A stretch of 64,000 nucleotides of DNA from the human T2T-CHM13v2.0 reference genome, Homo sapiens. The DNA lies in assembly GCA_009914755.4 (NCBI GenBank), contig CP068257.2, forward strand, positions 40,160,001 through 40,224,000. The letters run 5' to 3'. The notes under the pieces were generated by a model that did not search any database, had not been told where the DNA came from, and saw only the letters and a program-made list of their open reading frames with translations. A program made the position numbers and the translations under genes. Below are positions 31,201-46,412 of the stretch, piece by piece; position 1 is the stretch's first letter; each line of letters opens with the position of its first letter.

Positions 31201-31606
31201 CTCTAAAAGAAAAAAGAAAATGAACCATTTGTGTTCCTAATAACTTATCTCCTGCCTCTTAAAATCCTGCTTCTCTCTCAGCTTCACTTTCCCGAACCCT
31301 GTGTCGGGCGAACACTGGTTCTGTAAGGGGAGGCAGATGCGGCCCCGGCCCAGGACTTACTGCCTTGGTAAGGCATGGTGTGGAGCCCCATCCAGTTTAA
31401 AACTCTGGCCTGCCAGAGGTCCCTTCTAGAGTTAAGCTGACAGACCGTAATGGTTGCTGGCGGGGGATCTGGAGATACTCTGCAAAGCTAAGTCAACCTT
31501 ACATTGCAATGTATGACTTTTTGTTTGTTTGGTATCCAGCAAACACATCTAAACAAATCCCAAACATCCCTCTGCAGTTCTTGCCCCGAGTCTCCCGGAA
31601 CGCAGC

Positions 31607-32098
<492 letters not shown>

Positions 32099-32895
32099 TC
32101 ACACACAACAAAAATCCGTTCATTTTTGCAAAATGGGGAACGCAAGGACCTCCCCAGGATGCGCTCTGTGTTACCACACCAAAGAAGCACGACATTCTTT
32201 GGTGAAAGAGGAAACCGAGTTAATTTTGTTCTGGAAAAATTCCAGCGAGAAACAAAAACAAGAAACAGACACAATCATGAAGGCAATGAGAAGGAACTAA
32301 GAAACAAATTAATTTCACTGGCTAGAAAAAAATTGAAAAAAGTAAGCACGAAAAAGACGGAAAACAGATGCTTCCTTTTCTATCCATTCCTCTGAAGTGC
32401 CCTGCTGTTGGTAAATGAAAATCCCACCACAAAGCTACAAAGAGCAATAAAGGTATTTGCAGTACCAATCGGTAATAAGAGAAAGCATTCTCTTTCATGG
32501 AGAGGGATGAAAGGCCAAATAAATGAGGAACTTTTGCAGTCAAGATTACCATCCCCCAAAACAAGAGAGAGAAGTGCAGTATTAGACACAGACTGATCAA
32601 ACACTCAGAGGCTTCAAAAGCAAAAGTGACGAAGGCTGAGCAAGACAGAAGGTTCCACTCGAGAAAGTGGGATTGTGGGATTGTCTTCACCTTCCAGACT
32701 GAGGGATCCTTGCTCTCCGGCTAGTCAGCAAATGCACAGGGCTGAGCTTTCACCATAAGGGCACTTGGGTAGGCCACCCGTGACCTCCCCAAACTGCAAA
32801 CAGCCTACCTAATTGCCACCCGGGCAGGGATATCTCTCTTCAACATGCTAGAATATATGTTGCTACTAACAATGACAAGCATGATTTGTAGGTCA

Positions 32896-33321
<426 letters not shown>

Positions 33322-34331
33322 TTAGTCGGTCACGTCAGGCAGCGGCCAGGGCAGCCCCAGCACTGCCCTGGACACACTCTCCAATCAGTGGGGACGCTTG
33401 TGGGCCACCGAGCTGCCACAAGAAACAGTGACCACAGCTGGGTCTTGTATTTCTAAGGATCGGGGCAAGTTCCTTTAGTTGCAGATTTAAAAAAAAAATA
33501 CATGCAAGTCATATTTTTAAAAGTTGTATTTTATGCTAAAATGTAAACACTTCTTAGAAACTTAACGTTTTAAGCCACTGGGTATTTCCAAAGGGAAATG
33601 TTTCTGCCCGGGTGAGCTGCTAGAGCAAGGCTGAAAATGCTTTCAAATCAGGGCTCTCTCTTCCCCAGGGCTGAGACGAATCCACCATAAAAAACAATTT
33701 TGAATTAAAACAGATTTGACCACAAAACCTGCAGGGACAGGGAACGAGGGCCCAGCTGCAGTGGTGAGCCCAGTGGGCCCCTCCCCGCACGATTCCCTGC
33801 AAGTGTCCAGGACACTGCTGGGCTGTGACCACATCCTCTGAACCGGGCCGGCTCACCAGGCTCGCTCAGGCTCACAGAGGCCGCGGGGCAGTGGTGGCCG
33901 GTGAGTGGTCACCTGCCACTCCTCTTGGGCTTCCTGTGCCATTCCACACAACCTGATCCTAACCCAGTGGCAGACAGACCCAGCGTGGGCCTACACCGCT
34001 GTCATGGTGGGACGACCCGTCCCCCCCATGCCTGTGACTTGCCAAGGGTAGAAATGGCCTGTGGGTTCTGGGGCTGGGGCTGGAGCCGCCGTACGTCACT
34101 CAGCCGGACCCAGTGCCCTTCATGAAGACTGCACTCTAAAGCGCTGTTTCAGAACGAGAGGCATACATGTGATCTTAGACCACTGAGAGCATGGCACGTT
34201 CTCTTTGAAATAAAAAAAAATTTTGCTAACTGAAAGTTTAGTATTAACTAAAAATTTCTTTAAAAACTAAGTTCATCTAATTGGTATGTTTAAACTTATT
34301 TTGCTTAGAACATTTTAATGATTGTTCTGAT

Positions 34332-34630
34332 TTTTTTTTTTTTTTTTTCAGACACAGTCTCGCTCTGTTGCCTGGGCTGGAGCGCAGTGGCACAATCTCG
34401 GCTCATTGCAACCTCCGCCCCTGGGTTCAAGCAATTCTCCTGCCTCAGCCTCCTGAGTAGCTGGGATTACAGGCGTGCACTACCACATTTGGCTAATTTT
34501 TGTACTTTTAGTAGAGACAGGGTTTTGCCACGTTGGCCAGGCTGGTCTTGAACTCCTGACCTCAAGTGATCTGCCCGCCTTGGCCTCCCAAATTGCTGGG
34601 ATTACAGGCGTGAGCCACCGCGCCCAGCCA
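34332..34630 (-). mobile_element. Alu (reverse orientation), intronic between coding exons 33288 and 34900.
   Basis: Poly-T then 'cagacacagtctcgctctgttgcctgggctggagcgcagtggcacaatctcggctcattgcaacc...gcgtgagccaccgcgcccagcc'. Confidence 0.9.
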
Positions 34631-34740
34631 ATTGTTCTAATTTCTATTTTTTTCTGGAAAACATCTGTTTTCCAAAGTGAGATACACCAGTATTCAACAA
34701 ACTGAGGTCACAGAAACTACAGAAACGAGGAGATGATCTA

Positions 34741-34980
<240 letters not shown>

Positions 34981-36048
34981 CTATGAGGAGCACAGGGCAT
35001 GAGCTGGGGGTCAGGGTGCTGCTGATGCAGGTGGGAACCCAGAAGCCACACACGCCTTGGGACCACCTCCACCACTCCTGCCCTTCCCTCCCAGGCATCC
35101 CCCGCACTTCCCAGTCTCCTCTGTTCAGCTCTGACTTTGAAACTCTGTGTCCAGAAGCCCAGGGCTTATCCTCACCCCTTATTTCATGCTCCCACAATGG
35201 TCTTGCCCCTGTATCATCTCACGTCCACTCCCCCAGTGGGGAGACTATGTCCTCCCTTTTTGGCCCCCCACCAAAGGGGTGAGGTTTCAGTGGCGCTTCT
35301 GTTATTTCCAAGGGAGACCACAGCAAGGTAAAGATACAGTAGAGTAAACTTGTTCTATGAGCAATCACCAAAAATGAGACATTTGTGCCTTACACATCGT
35401 ACTTTTCAGTTGAATCCATACACAAGTGCTTTCATTTGTTGGTTTTGTGATGAAGTGACGCCCTGCCCCTACCTTCCCTCCAATGGCCCCACTGAACGGG
35501 GTCCTCAGCACGCCCCATGTGTCCACAGGGGCCCTCCCACCAGCTCAGTGCGTCCTGCCCAAAAGTGAGTGACCTTCACCGCCCACACCCTGCTTACAGC
35601 AGTTGCGTTTGTTCCTGTGATGACCTAATTAGATCATAAGAAAGACAACGGACAACGAGTACAGAGACAGCCGAACGTGATAAAGGGGAGGGGCTACAAA
35701 ACAAAATTAGCAAGAGTCTGCCTGTAAGGGTGCTTCACCCAAACAGCTTTGCAAACATCTTTAAATTTCTGATCAACTAAAGGAAGTTAAAATGAAAAAG
35801 CAGACTATGCTTTGTGGATGTAACTCATTTAAAAAAGGAGAGAAGTGCATCATTAAATTTACATTCCATGACTAGGTCTGGGCCCCTTCCTGGAAAAGAT
35901 GGCAAACAAAGGCTGGTCTGTAAGTGTTTTAAGTTAACATAAATCCTGCAATGGCTTTGAAGACTCCAGTGTAACTCTCATTGACACTGAGCACAGATCT
36001 ATACTGTGACACTCGCAAAGGACCCTGAGCAAAAGCAACCAGACTGCT

Positions 36049-37500
36049 GTGGACGCACTCTCTACCGTCACCACCATCACCACCATAAGCACCACCACCA
36101 CCATCATCATTACCACCTCTATCATCAGTATCATCACCATCAACACCAACACCACCACCACCAACACAACCACCTCCATCACCAACACCATCACCACCAA
36201 CACAACCACCTCCATCACCATTAACAACACCATCACCACCCCCTCCATCACTATCATTACCCTCATCACCACCAACACTGTCACCACCATCATCAGTACC
36301 ACTACCACCACGTGGCATCACCACCACTGCCATTCCTATCACCACTATCACCACCACCACCACCATCACCACCACCATCACCACCACCACCATCACCACC
36401 ACCATCACCACCACCACCATCACCATCACCACCACCATCACCACCACCACCATCACCACCACCACCATCACCATCACCACCACCATCACCACCACCACCA
36501 TCACTACCACCATCACCACCACCACCATCACCACCACCACCACCATCACCACCACCACCATCACCACCACCACCATCACCACCACCCATCACCATCACCA
36601 CCAGCACCACCCATCACTACCACCACCATCACCACCATCACCATCACCACCACCATCACCACCACCATCACTACCACCAACATCACCACCATCACCATCA
36701 CCATACCACCACCATCACCACCACCACCATCACTACCACCACCACCATCACCACCACCATCACCACCACCACCATCACCACCACCATCACCACCACCACC
36801 ATCACCATCACCACCACCATCACCACCACCACCATCACTACCACCACCACCATCACCACCACCATCACCACCACCACCATCACCATCACCACCACCATCA
36901 CCACCACCACCATCACTACCACCATCACCACCACCACCATCACCACCACCACCACCATCACCACCACCACCATCACCACCACCCATCACCATCACCACCA
37001 GCACCACCCATCACTACCACCACCATCACCACCATCACCATCACCACCACCATCATCACCACCACCCATCACTACCACCAACATCACCACCATCACCATC
37101 ACCATACCACCACCATCACCACCGCCACCACCATCACTACCACTTCCATCACCATTACCACCATCACCGCCTCCTCCATCACTATCATTACCATCATCAC
37201 CACCACGACTGTCACCACCATCACCACTACCACCGCCATCACCATCAGCACCACTACCACCATGTGGCATCACCACTACCATCCCTATCACCACTATCAC
37301 CATCACCACCACCATCTCCACCACCATCATCACCACCATCAACACCACCACCTCCCCCATCACCTCTACCACCACCATCACCAACACCACCATCACCAAC
37401 ACCAGGTCCCCCATCACCACCATCACCTTTACCACCATCTCCACCACTACCTCCACCACCATCACATCAATATCATCAGTATCCTAGTCACACAGTCTGA
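36049..37500 (+). repeat. About 1.45-kb complex trinucleotide-based tandem array, with (CAC/CAT/CCA)n cryptic simple sequence and higher-order periodicity of 15, 18 and 27 bp. It is intronic, between coding exons 34980 and 40522.
   Basis: Long runs such as 'caccaccaccatcaccaccaccatcaccaccaccaccatcaccatcaccaccaccatcacc' recur. Near-identical roughly 330-bp blocks recur at about 36576-36640 vs 36985-37050 ('catcaccatcaccaccagcaccacccatcactaccaccaccatcaccaccatcaccatcaccacc'). The + strand is almost devoid of G. The 483-aa and 391-aa H/T/P/S ORFs are translation artefacts. Confidence 0.9.
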
Positions 37501-39532
37501 AAGCTGACGCCATCAAAGAACCACCATAGAAGCATTAGCTTCACTCTTCTTAGGATATAAGAAAAAAGTGAAAATTGCTTTCTGTGTTTTGTTTTTAATG
37601 TAACATTCATTCAAAGTAAAGAGAAAAACCATAGCTTGGAGTCATAAAATAGTATCAATCCTAAAAGATTCTGAATCTCTGTAAGTAGTTTATGCCTGTT
37701 TAACTAGTCCAACAGTTAAACTATAACTAGTTTAACTTAACTAGTTAAATTAGTGTGACTCCAACGAACACCTTCTTCCTCCTGAATCTGTGGCATCACC
37801 AACGGGGACAGGCTCGGGGGACCGTTATCCCACTCTCAGACAGCCAGGCCTCACTGCGGTACACACACAGCTACACAAAGCTGACCCGAGTCCCCTTCCT
37901 TCCCCTCACACTGCTGTCTAGGGTCATCTCTTCCATATCCTCTATTCTAGTTTGTAATCACTTTGCCTCTGTCTACTTCTTATTTTTCTGTCTCCTACCC
38001 AGACCGTAAAGTCCAGGAGGGCAGGGATGGACCCTGGCTGGCCGGCCCATCACATCACTGGTAGGCATTTGTTTGAGTTAATGTAGAGGGAAACAACTGT
38101 GAGATGATCAAAAGGAATGACACAAAGAGAGCACAGGATAAAAGGCTGGAGAAACAAATTGGTTCGAGAACAAAGACGGACAAAATCCCCCCGCACCACC
38201 TTCCCTGGGTCTGGAAGGCTTTCCTCTTGAGTCACTTGGTTCTGTCCGGGTTGGGCTTGAGGGGAGTGGGGATGGGCAACACACAGCCCAGTTGAAGGAG
38301 CAGAGCACAGAAGGCGAACTTGCAGTTGGGCCACCTTAGGAAGTGGTTTAATCCTGGTGAGAGGACTCTGCCTGACAGTGTTTGTGGGAGATGTCTTTAT
38401 CAGTAAGGCCTCTCCACCCAGCTATGTATATCAAAACTCCGGTGTACAAAAGTGATGTGCACCGTCTTTATCAATACGCGGAAGTCTAGAAACCCACACG
38501 TCATGGAGAGGAACCGCTCAAACGCCAGCCTTGCTCACGGGCTGCTGGGTGGGCTGCAGGGCCTGCCCTGCCCCTGGGGTGCCAAGGTGGTCCTGGCGCT
38601 TCGGGTTCCTACTCCCCCGACTCTGTTTTCTAGGTAAAAACACCAGCTGGCCACTACATGAGAAGGGAAGCAATGGAGCTCAGTTAGAGGGATCCAAGCT
38701 CCCCGCTGAGTGGGGCACAGGGCAGAGTATGCAGCCACGGTCCCCTGGCTTCCCGGACTGGAGAGCAGGTTGAGTCCCTGCATCTCCCTGGGAGCCTGAT
38801 CGGGCTGCAGAGGAACAGCAACACGGCGACGTCCCGGGTCACCCCCAAACTAGGGAGCCACCAGACTGACACCTGAGGCAGACGGTGCTTTCCCAATTCC
38901 AAAAGGAAGTCACTTTCATTACAGGACATTGGAAAATGGAGAAAAATGTGAAGACAAGAAATTACCCATCACTTCAAGAACAAGAGAGAAATCACTGTGG
39001 GATGTTTTGCTCCCTTCTTTACCTACCTCATTTATATAAGTGAGTATTATATATACACACAATGTATGTGACGTGTATTGTGTATACACACATTATATAT
39101 GTGCACAACGTATACTGCTCTTTCACGTACGTAATGAGCATTTCACAATTTCAGATCCGTGTAAGCATGTGTGTCAGGCAAACACACTGCTAAACTATCA
39201 CTAATTGAATCACGTTCTTATTGTAGGGTTGGAATAGGGGTTGGAATAACCATTTATTAAACACTCGAGAAATGCTGTGATGCTGCCTTCAAGAAAAACA
39301 TCCAACGGTGAGAGCGGCAACTCGTGCCAGCCGGCCAGTGTGGTCACTCTGAATCTAAAACCCCCCGCCCCCGCAAGAGGCGAAGGATGCCATCCTCCGC
39401 CGCTACCGTTTGCTTTTCTGGGATGCGCGGTGAGCTGAACGCCTTTCCGTGTGTTTTTCACCACGGCTGTTCTTCCCGCATGAGCTCCCTCTCCGTGTAC
39501 ACCCTGAGTGCGCTTCGCGTGTTTCTCAGTGA

Positions 39533-39898
<366 letters not shown>

Positions 39899-40356
39899 CA
39901 GATTTTTCATTTTTCCTTTGGCCTGTATTTGTTCTGAGTGCTTATGGAGTCAAACCTGTGTTCACAACTCCTTTTGCTGCTTTTACGCTTAGAGAGTCTA
40001 CTCTTTTCTGTGACCTGACAACTAAGTTTTCCTCTGGTTTTGTCTTTCAGGGTGCTCCTTCTTAAAGCACATTTAATTACGGAACATCCTGGCCCTTCCT
40101 GTGGAGCAGGCTTTCAGAGCAGTTGGGCTCTGCCTGCGTCTGTACAACTTCCCCCTCCCCATCCTCGGTGTCATACTTTACTTGGCCCCAACACCACGTG
40201 GAGCCCCCATTTTGCACATTAGTTCCATGAGTGGGAAGAATGGGGGGAGTGGCAGGGCTGTGCTTCCATCTTGCCATAATTTCAGGGAGGACGTAATTTA
40301 TAACCTTAGCAAAGGTCCGCCTGAGGCTCTCCTAACCTCTCGCAGCCACTCACTCA

Positions 40357-40701
<345 letters not shown>

Positions 40702-41061
40702 TCACACACACGCAGACACACATGCGCGTGGAAAGGAAGAGACACGCAGGTCACTAGTGCAGCCATCCCAATGACCCTGGCCTGCTGGACGAGGCAAGAA
40801 GCCTGTCACGCCCCGCCCATCCTGAGAGGGCCGGTGCTGGTCCCCGAGCACACATGAGCACAGAGCCTCTGTCCCTTGGGGAGCACTGCCAGCAGCAGCT
40901 GCATCACGGAACCAATATGAGAAAATTCAAGAAGGGATACTTGAAAGCTGTGGCGGGTTGACCTTCAGAGGCCAAGGGGCCACCATGAAGCCAAGACAAC
41001 ACTAAATGTGCTGGAACCGTCTAGATAATAGAATAGTCGTTTCCACCCCAGCAGGCACTCA

Positions 41062-41259
<198 letters not shown>

Positions 41260-41721
41260 TCAGGGCATGTCTTCTCCCTGACGCGTTCCAGGCACTGTAG
41301 GGCCTTCAGGAGAAGGTGAATTGCAAGAAGACAGCAGACAATGAACGCTCATCCCCAGCCTCGGCCAGCAAAGTGTGGCTTGGAAAGTTTATGCTTCCAT
41401 AGTGACATTTCATATCAAAAAAACATGAGATGTGGGAAAGGCTGTCTGAAAACACAGACAGAAAGTGGAACCCACATGTGGACAAGCAGAAAAACGATAG
41501 GAATTTCTTTAAAGCATTAATGTATCCACACCTCCCTTAGTCCAGGAAGCTCTTAGACAGCACATGTGATATTACAATGAGAGAGGAAATGGTAACTGAA
41601 ATCAGGACCAATGGCAAGGAGGACACAGACGAGCCAAGCGTAAAAGACAACAGAACTGCCGTGCTCGGACAAAATGAGTGTGATTCTTCAAAACTTGACT
41701 AATTCAAATGAGAGCTGATGC

Positions 41722-42331
<610 letters not shown>

Positions 42332-43126
42332 TGACTTTTTAAAATATTTGATAAGTACTCAGTCAGTCCTGGCTCATGGATTGGCCTCACGGGAGCCAGA
42401 AGCGGATGCTTTAATAGACCAACACCAGAGGTGGCAATTGCTCCCGCACGGCCACTCGTGCCCACGGATTCTAAGACTCCACCTTCCAAGGGAGGGGCCT
42501 TAACCCCCCAGAGCCTCCCAGAGTAGGGAGGGTCCCTCCCCAGGTCCAGGGACAAGACCAGGAAGTGTCACTGTTTTGTTGCTTATTTTAAGGACACTTT
42601 TGATTGACATCAAACTCATAGACAGAAAAACACAAATTGTAAGTGAGTGCGGGCTCAACAAATTTCCACAAAGTGAATGAACAAAATAACCAGTTCCCTG
42701 ATTACTAGGGAAAAAGAACCAGCATAGCCATCATCGTGACATTCCCAGGATCAGGAGGTGCACGGTAGGTGGCCTTGTGGTGGAAACAGGTTTAATTAGA
42801 GCCCGGGGGGAGGCGTACAGATAATCCTGTTAAAATCTGTTATTTTATGTATGAGGAGGCTGAATCTCCCAGGACAGTCTGTGGAACTTGAGAGGGTGAA
42901 GACGAAAAGGCCGGCCCTTAGCGACTCTGATTGAGAGAGTCTGGGAAAGAAAACCCAAGCCTGGTCTTTAGACAAAGCCTCTCAGATGATTCAGGACATC
43001 CAAGAGCAAGCATCCCCAACAGACGGCCACGTGAGGAAAGTTGAGAGGACATTCCTCAGAAGCTAAAGGACCCCAAAATGCTTAGAGAAATAAGACAAGC
43101 TGTGGGCCACTGCCCTGAGGAACGGC

Positions 43127-43182
43127 CACCGCCTTGGGAACAGCCACTGCCCTAGGGAACGGCCACTGTGGGGGATGATCGC
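43127..43182 (+). repeat. 3 x roughly 19-bp tandem repeat (gggaacggccactgcc-like).
   Basis: 'gaggaacggccaccgccttgggaacagccactgccctagggaacggccactgtggg'. Confidence 0.8.
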
Positions 43183-44039
43183 CAGGGGAGAACTGGGGAG
43201 TGTGTTTGTTTCACCAGCCCAGACACCTTGCTCTGACGGCTGTCAGCGCCCCACCAGGCGGCACAGGACCCATGTTCCCCGGAGCGAAGGGAAACGTGTG
43301 GCACGTAATTATGTATGTGGTCCACAGAGAGGGAGACAGGGAGGAGGCCAAAGGGGGACCAGCTTCCTCCTGGTGCAAGTGCTCACATCAGCTCACGTCT
43401 GGGGGGCTCTGGGGGGTCAGGGGCAAGCAAGAATAGAGTCCACGGTCTGTTTCACCCCAAAAACTGATGGGGAGGTGGACCCTATGAATGCCCTTTAAAC
43501 AAAGGTTGCCCCTCAAAATGGGAACAAGACAAGTAATTTTTAAAGGCACTTAACTCAGTCCTGAGGGCTCACTGTGGAGCATGGGACAGAGGCCACCACA
43601 GCCCAGCGAGTTGGTGGGCGGCAGGCAGAGTGTGGGGTGTTCTGAGAACCCAGATGAGGGCATGTGGCCCAGTCTTGGGGAGCAAGAGTATCCCAAAAAT
43701 GGTAAAGCATATACTGGACAGAGATTCCCCAGGAAAGAGATGGACAGTACACTTCTGCAGTCCAGGGGCAGAGGAGGCTGGCACGCCCGGCCAACCCAAA
43801 GCAGACCCGTGTGGCAACCCGCGCCACTCTGGGGAGCAGGGGAGGAAGGTAGGCAGGTGACGTGGGCTGGATAAAGGCAGGACCCAACGTGCAGTTGAGG
43901 GGCCCCCAGGGGGCACTGAACAGGCTCACGCCAGGGAACTTCACGCTGAGACACAACTCCACCACTCAGGGACAACCTCTCAATTCTGATGTCTCAATTT
44001 TCTCTCCACAAGCACAAAAACACTCGCCCATACAGAAGG

Positions 44040-45545
44040 GTTTTATGAGAATGGCCTTGTATTGGCATTGCGCAGGGTGCTTTAGTGTTTTATAACAATG
44101 CTTTGTGTTAGTGATTGCGCAGGGTGCTCTAGTGTTTTCTAAGATCTTGGCCTTGTGTTAGTGATTGCGCAGGCTGCTCTAGAGTTTTATGAGAACGCCT
44201 TGTGTTAGTGATTGCGCAGGGTGCTCTAGTGTTTTATGAGAATGCCTTGTGTTAGTGATTGTGCAGGGTGCTCTAGTGTTTTATAAGATCTTGGCCTTGT
44301 GTTAGTGATTGCGCAGGGTGCTCTAGTGTTTTATGAGAACGACTTGTGTTAGTGATTGCGCAGGGTGCTCTAGTGTTTTATGAGAATGCCTCGTGTTAGT
44401 GATTGCGCAGGGTGCTCTAGTGTGTTATGAGAATGCCTCGTGTTAGTGATTGCGCAGGGTGCTCTAGTGTGTTATGAGAATGCCTCGTGTTAGTGATTGC
44501 GCAGGGTGCTCTAGTGTTTTATGAGAATGCCTCGTGTTAGTGATTGCGCAGGGTGCTCTAGTGTTTTATGAGAATGCCTCGTGTTAGTGATTGCGCAGGG
44601 TGCCCTAGTGTTTTATGAGAATGCCTCGTGTTACTGATTGCGCAGGGTGCTCTAGTGTTTTATGAGAATGCCTCGTGTTAGTGATTGCGCAGGGTGCTCT
44701 AGTGTGTTATGAGAATGCCTCGTGTTAGTGATTGCGCAGGGTGCTCTAGTGTTTTGAGAATGCCTTGTGTTAGTGATTGCACAGGGTGCTCTAGTGTTTT
44801 ATGAGAACGACTTGTGTTAGTGATTGCGCAGGGTGCTCTAGTGTGTTATGAGAATGCCTCGTGTTAGTGATTGCGCAGGGTGCTCTAGTGTTTTATGAGA
44901 ACGACTTGTGTTAGTGATTGCGCAGCGTGCTCTAGTGTTTTATGAGAATGCCTCGTGTTACTGATTGCGCAGGGTGCTCTAGTGTTTTATGAGAATGCCT
45001 TGTGTTAGTGATTGCGCAGGGTGCTCTAGTGTTTTATGAGAATGCCTTGTGTTAGTGATTGCGCAGGGTGCTCTAGTGTTTTATGAGAACGACTTGTGTT
45101 AGTGATTGCGCAGGGTGCTCTAGTGTTTTATGAGAATGCCTCATGTTAGTGATTGCGCAGCGTGCTCTAGTGTTTTATGAGAATGGCTGTGTGTTAGTGA
45201 TTGCGCAGGGTGCTCTAGTGTTTTATGAGAATGCCTTGTGTTAGTGATTGCGCAGGGTGCTCTAGTGTTTTATAAGATCTTGGCCTTGTGTTAGTGATTG
45301 CGCAGGGTGCTCTAGTGTTTTATGAGAACGACTTGTGTTAGTGATTGCGCAGGGTGCTCTAGTGTTTTATGAGAATGCCTCGTGTTAGTGATTGCGCAGG
45401 GTGCTCTAGTGTTTTCTAAGATCTTGGCCTTGTGTTAGAGATGGCGCAGGCTGCTGTAGTGTTTTATAAGAATGTCTTGTGTTAGAGATGGCGCAGGCTG
45501 CTCTAGTGTTTTCTAAGATCTTGGCCTTGTGTTAGAGATGGCACA
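44040..45545 (+). repeat. Minisatellite of about 30 copies of a 47-bp unit (gattgcgcagggtgctctagtgttttatgagaatgcctcgtgttagt). A longer 53-56-bp variant carries 'ctaagatcttggccttg' or 'tataagatcttggccttg'. It is intronic, between exons 41204 and 46064.
   Basis: Exact period 47 is seen at e.g. 44401, 44448, 44495 and 44542. Variant units sit at 44121-44170, 44270-44320, 45255-45300 and 45400-45540, with terminal units diverged to 'gagatggcgcaggctgct'. Confidence 0.95.
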
Positions 45546-46019
45546 GGCTGCTCTTTGACCTGTCGCGTCACCGACTCCTTTCTATGCACATCAGCGTAGT
45601 ACACACATCACCCGAGCGGACACCTTGCTCTTTTCTGGATTCACCATGGCTTAGCCAGTGCCCTACCGAGGCCACGTCTGACCTTCCAGCGCCTTCCCTA
45701 ACTCAAAAGATGACAAGCAACCTTGCATGCACATCCCTGGCCCTTGTCTGGTCGCTATTTCTTGTGCACATTCCTGAGGGGGAAACAGCTGAACGGGAGG
45801 AACATTTAAAGACTGACCAGTCTCCCAATGCCGGAAGTGAGCTGTGCAGCATGCTCTCCGGTGACGAGGCCCCTGTGGGAGGGGGACCTTTTGAGATATG
45901 CAGCTGCTCACCCCGGCCCCAGGAAGCTCTCTTGGGGAACCCGGCACTCAGTGGGAATCACAAAGAGGAATCGTCTCAAGGCGGCTCTCTCTTCTCCCAC
46001 GGCCCACCTGGCTTCCCTA

Positions 46020-46412
<393 letters not shown>

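Noticed and set aside
36049-37500. 483-aa and 391-aa plus-strand ORFs encoding poly-His/Thr/Ile/Pro/Ser, and the long Val/Met/Gly/Asp ORFs on the minus strand.
   Set aside because: They are translations of the (CAC/CAT/CCA)n tandem array, with no start or stop context and no complexity. The region is intronic between well-supported minus-strand exons.
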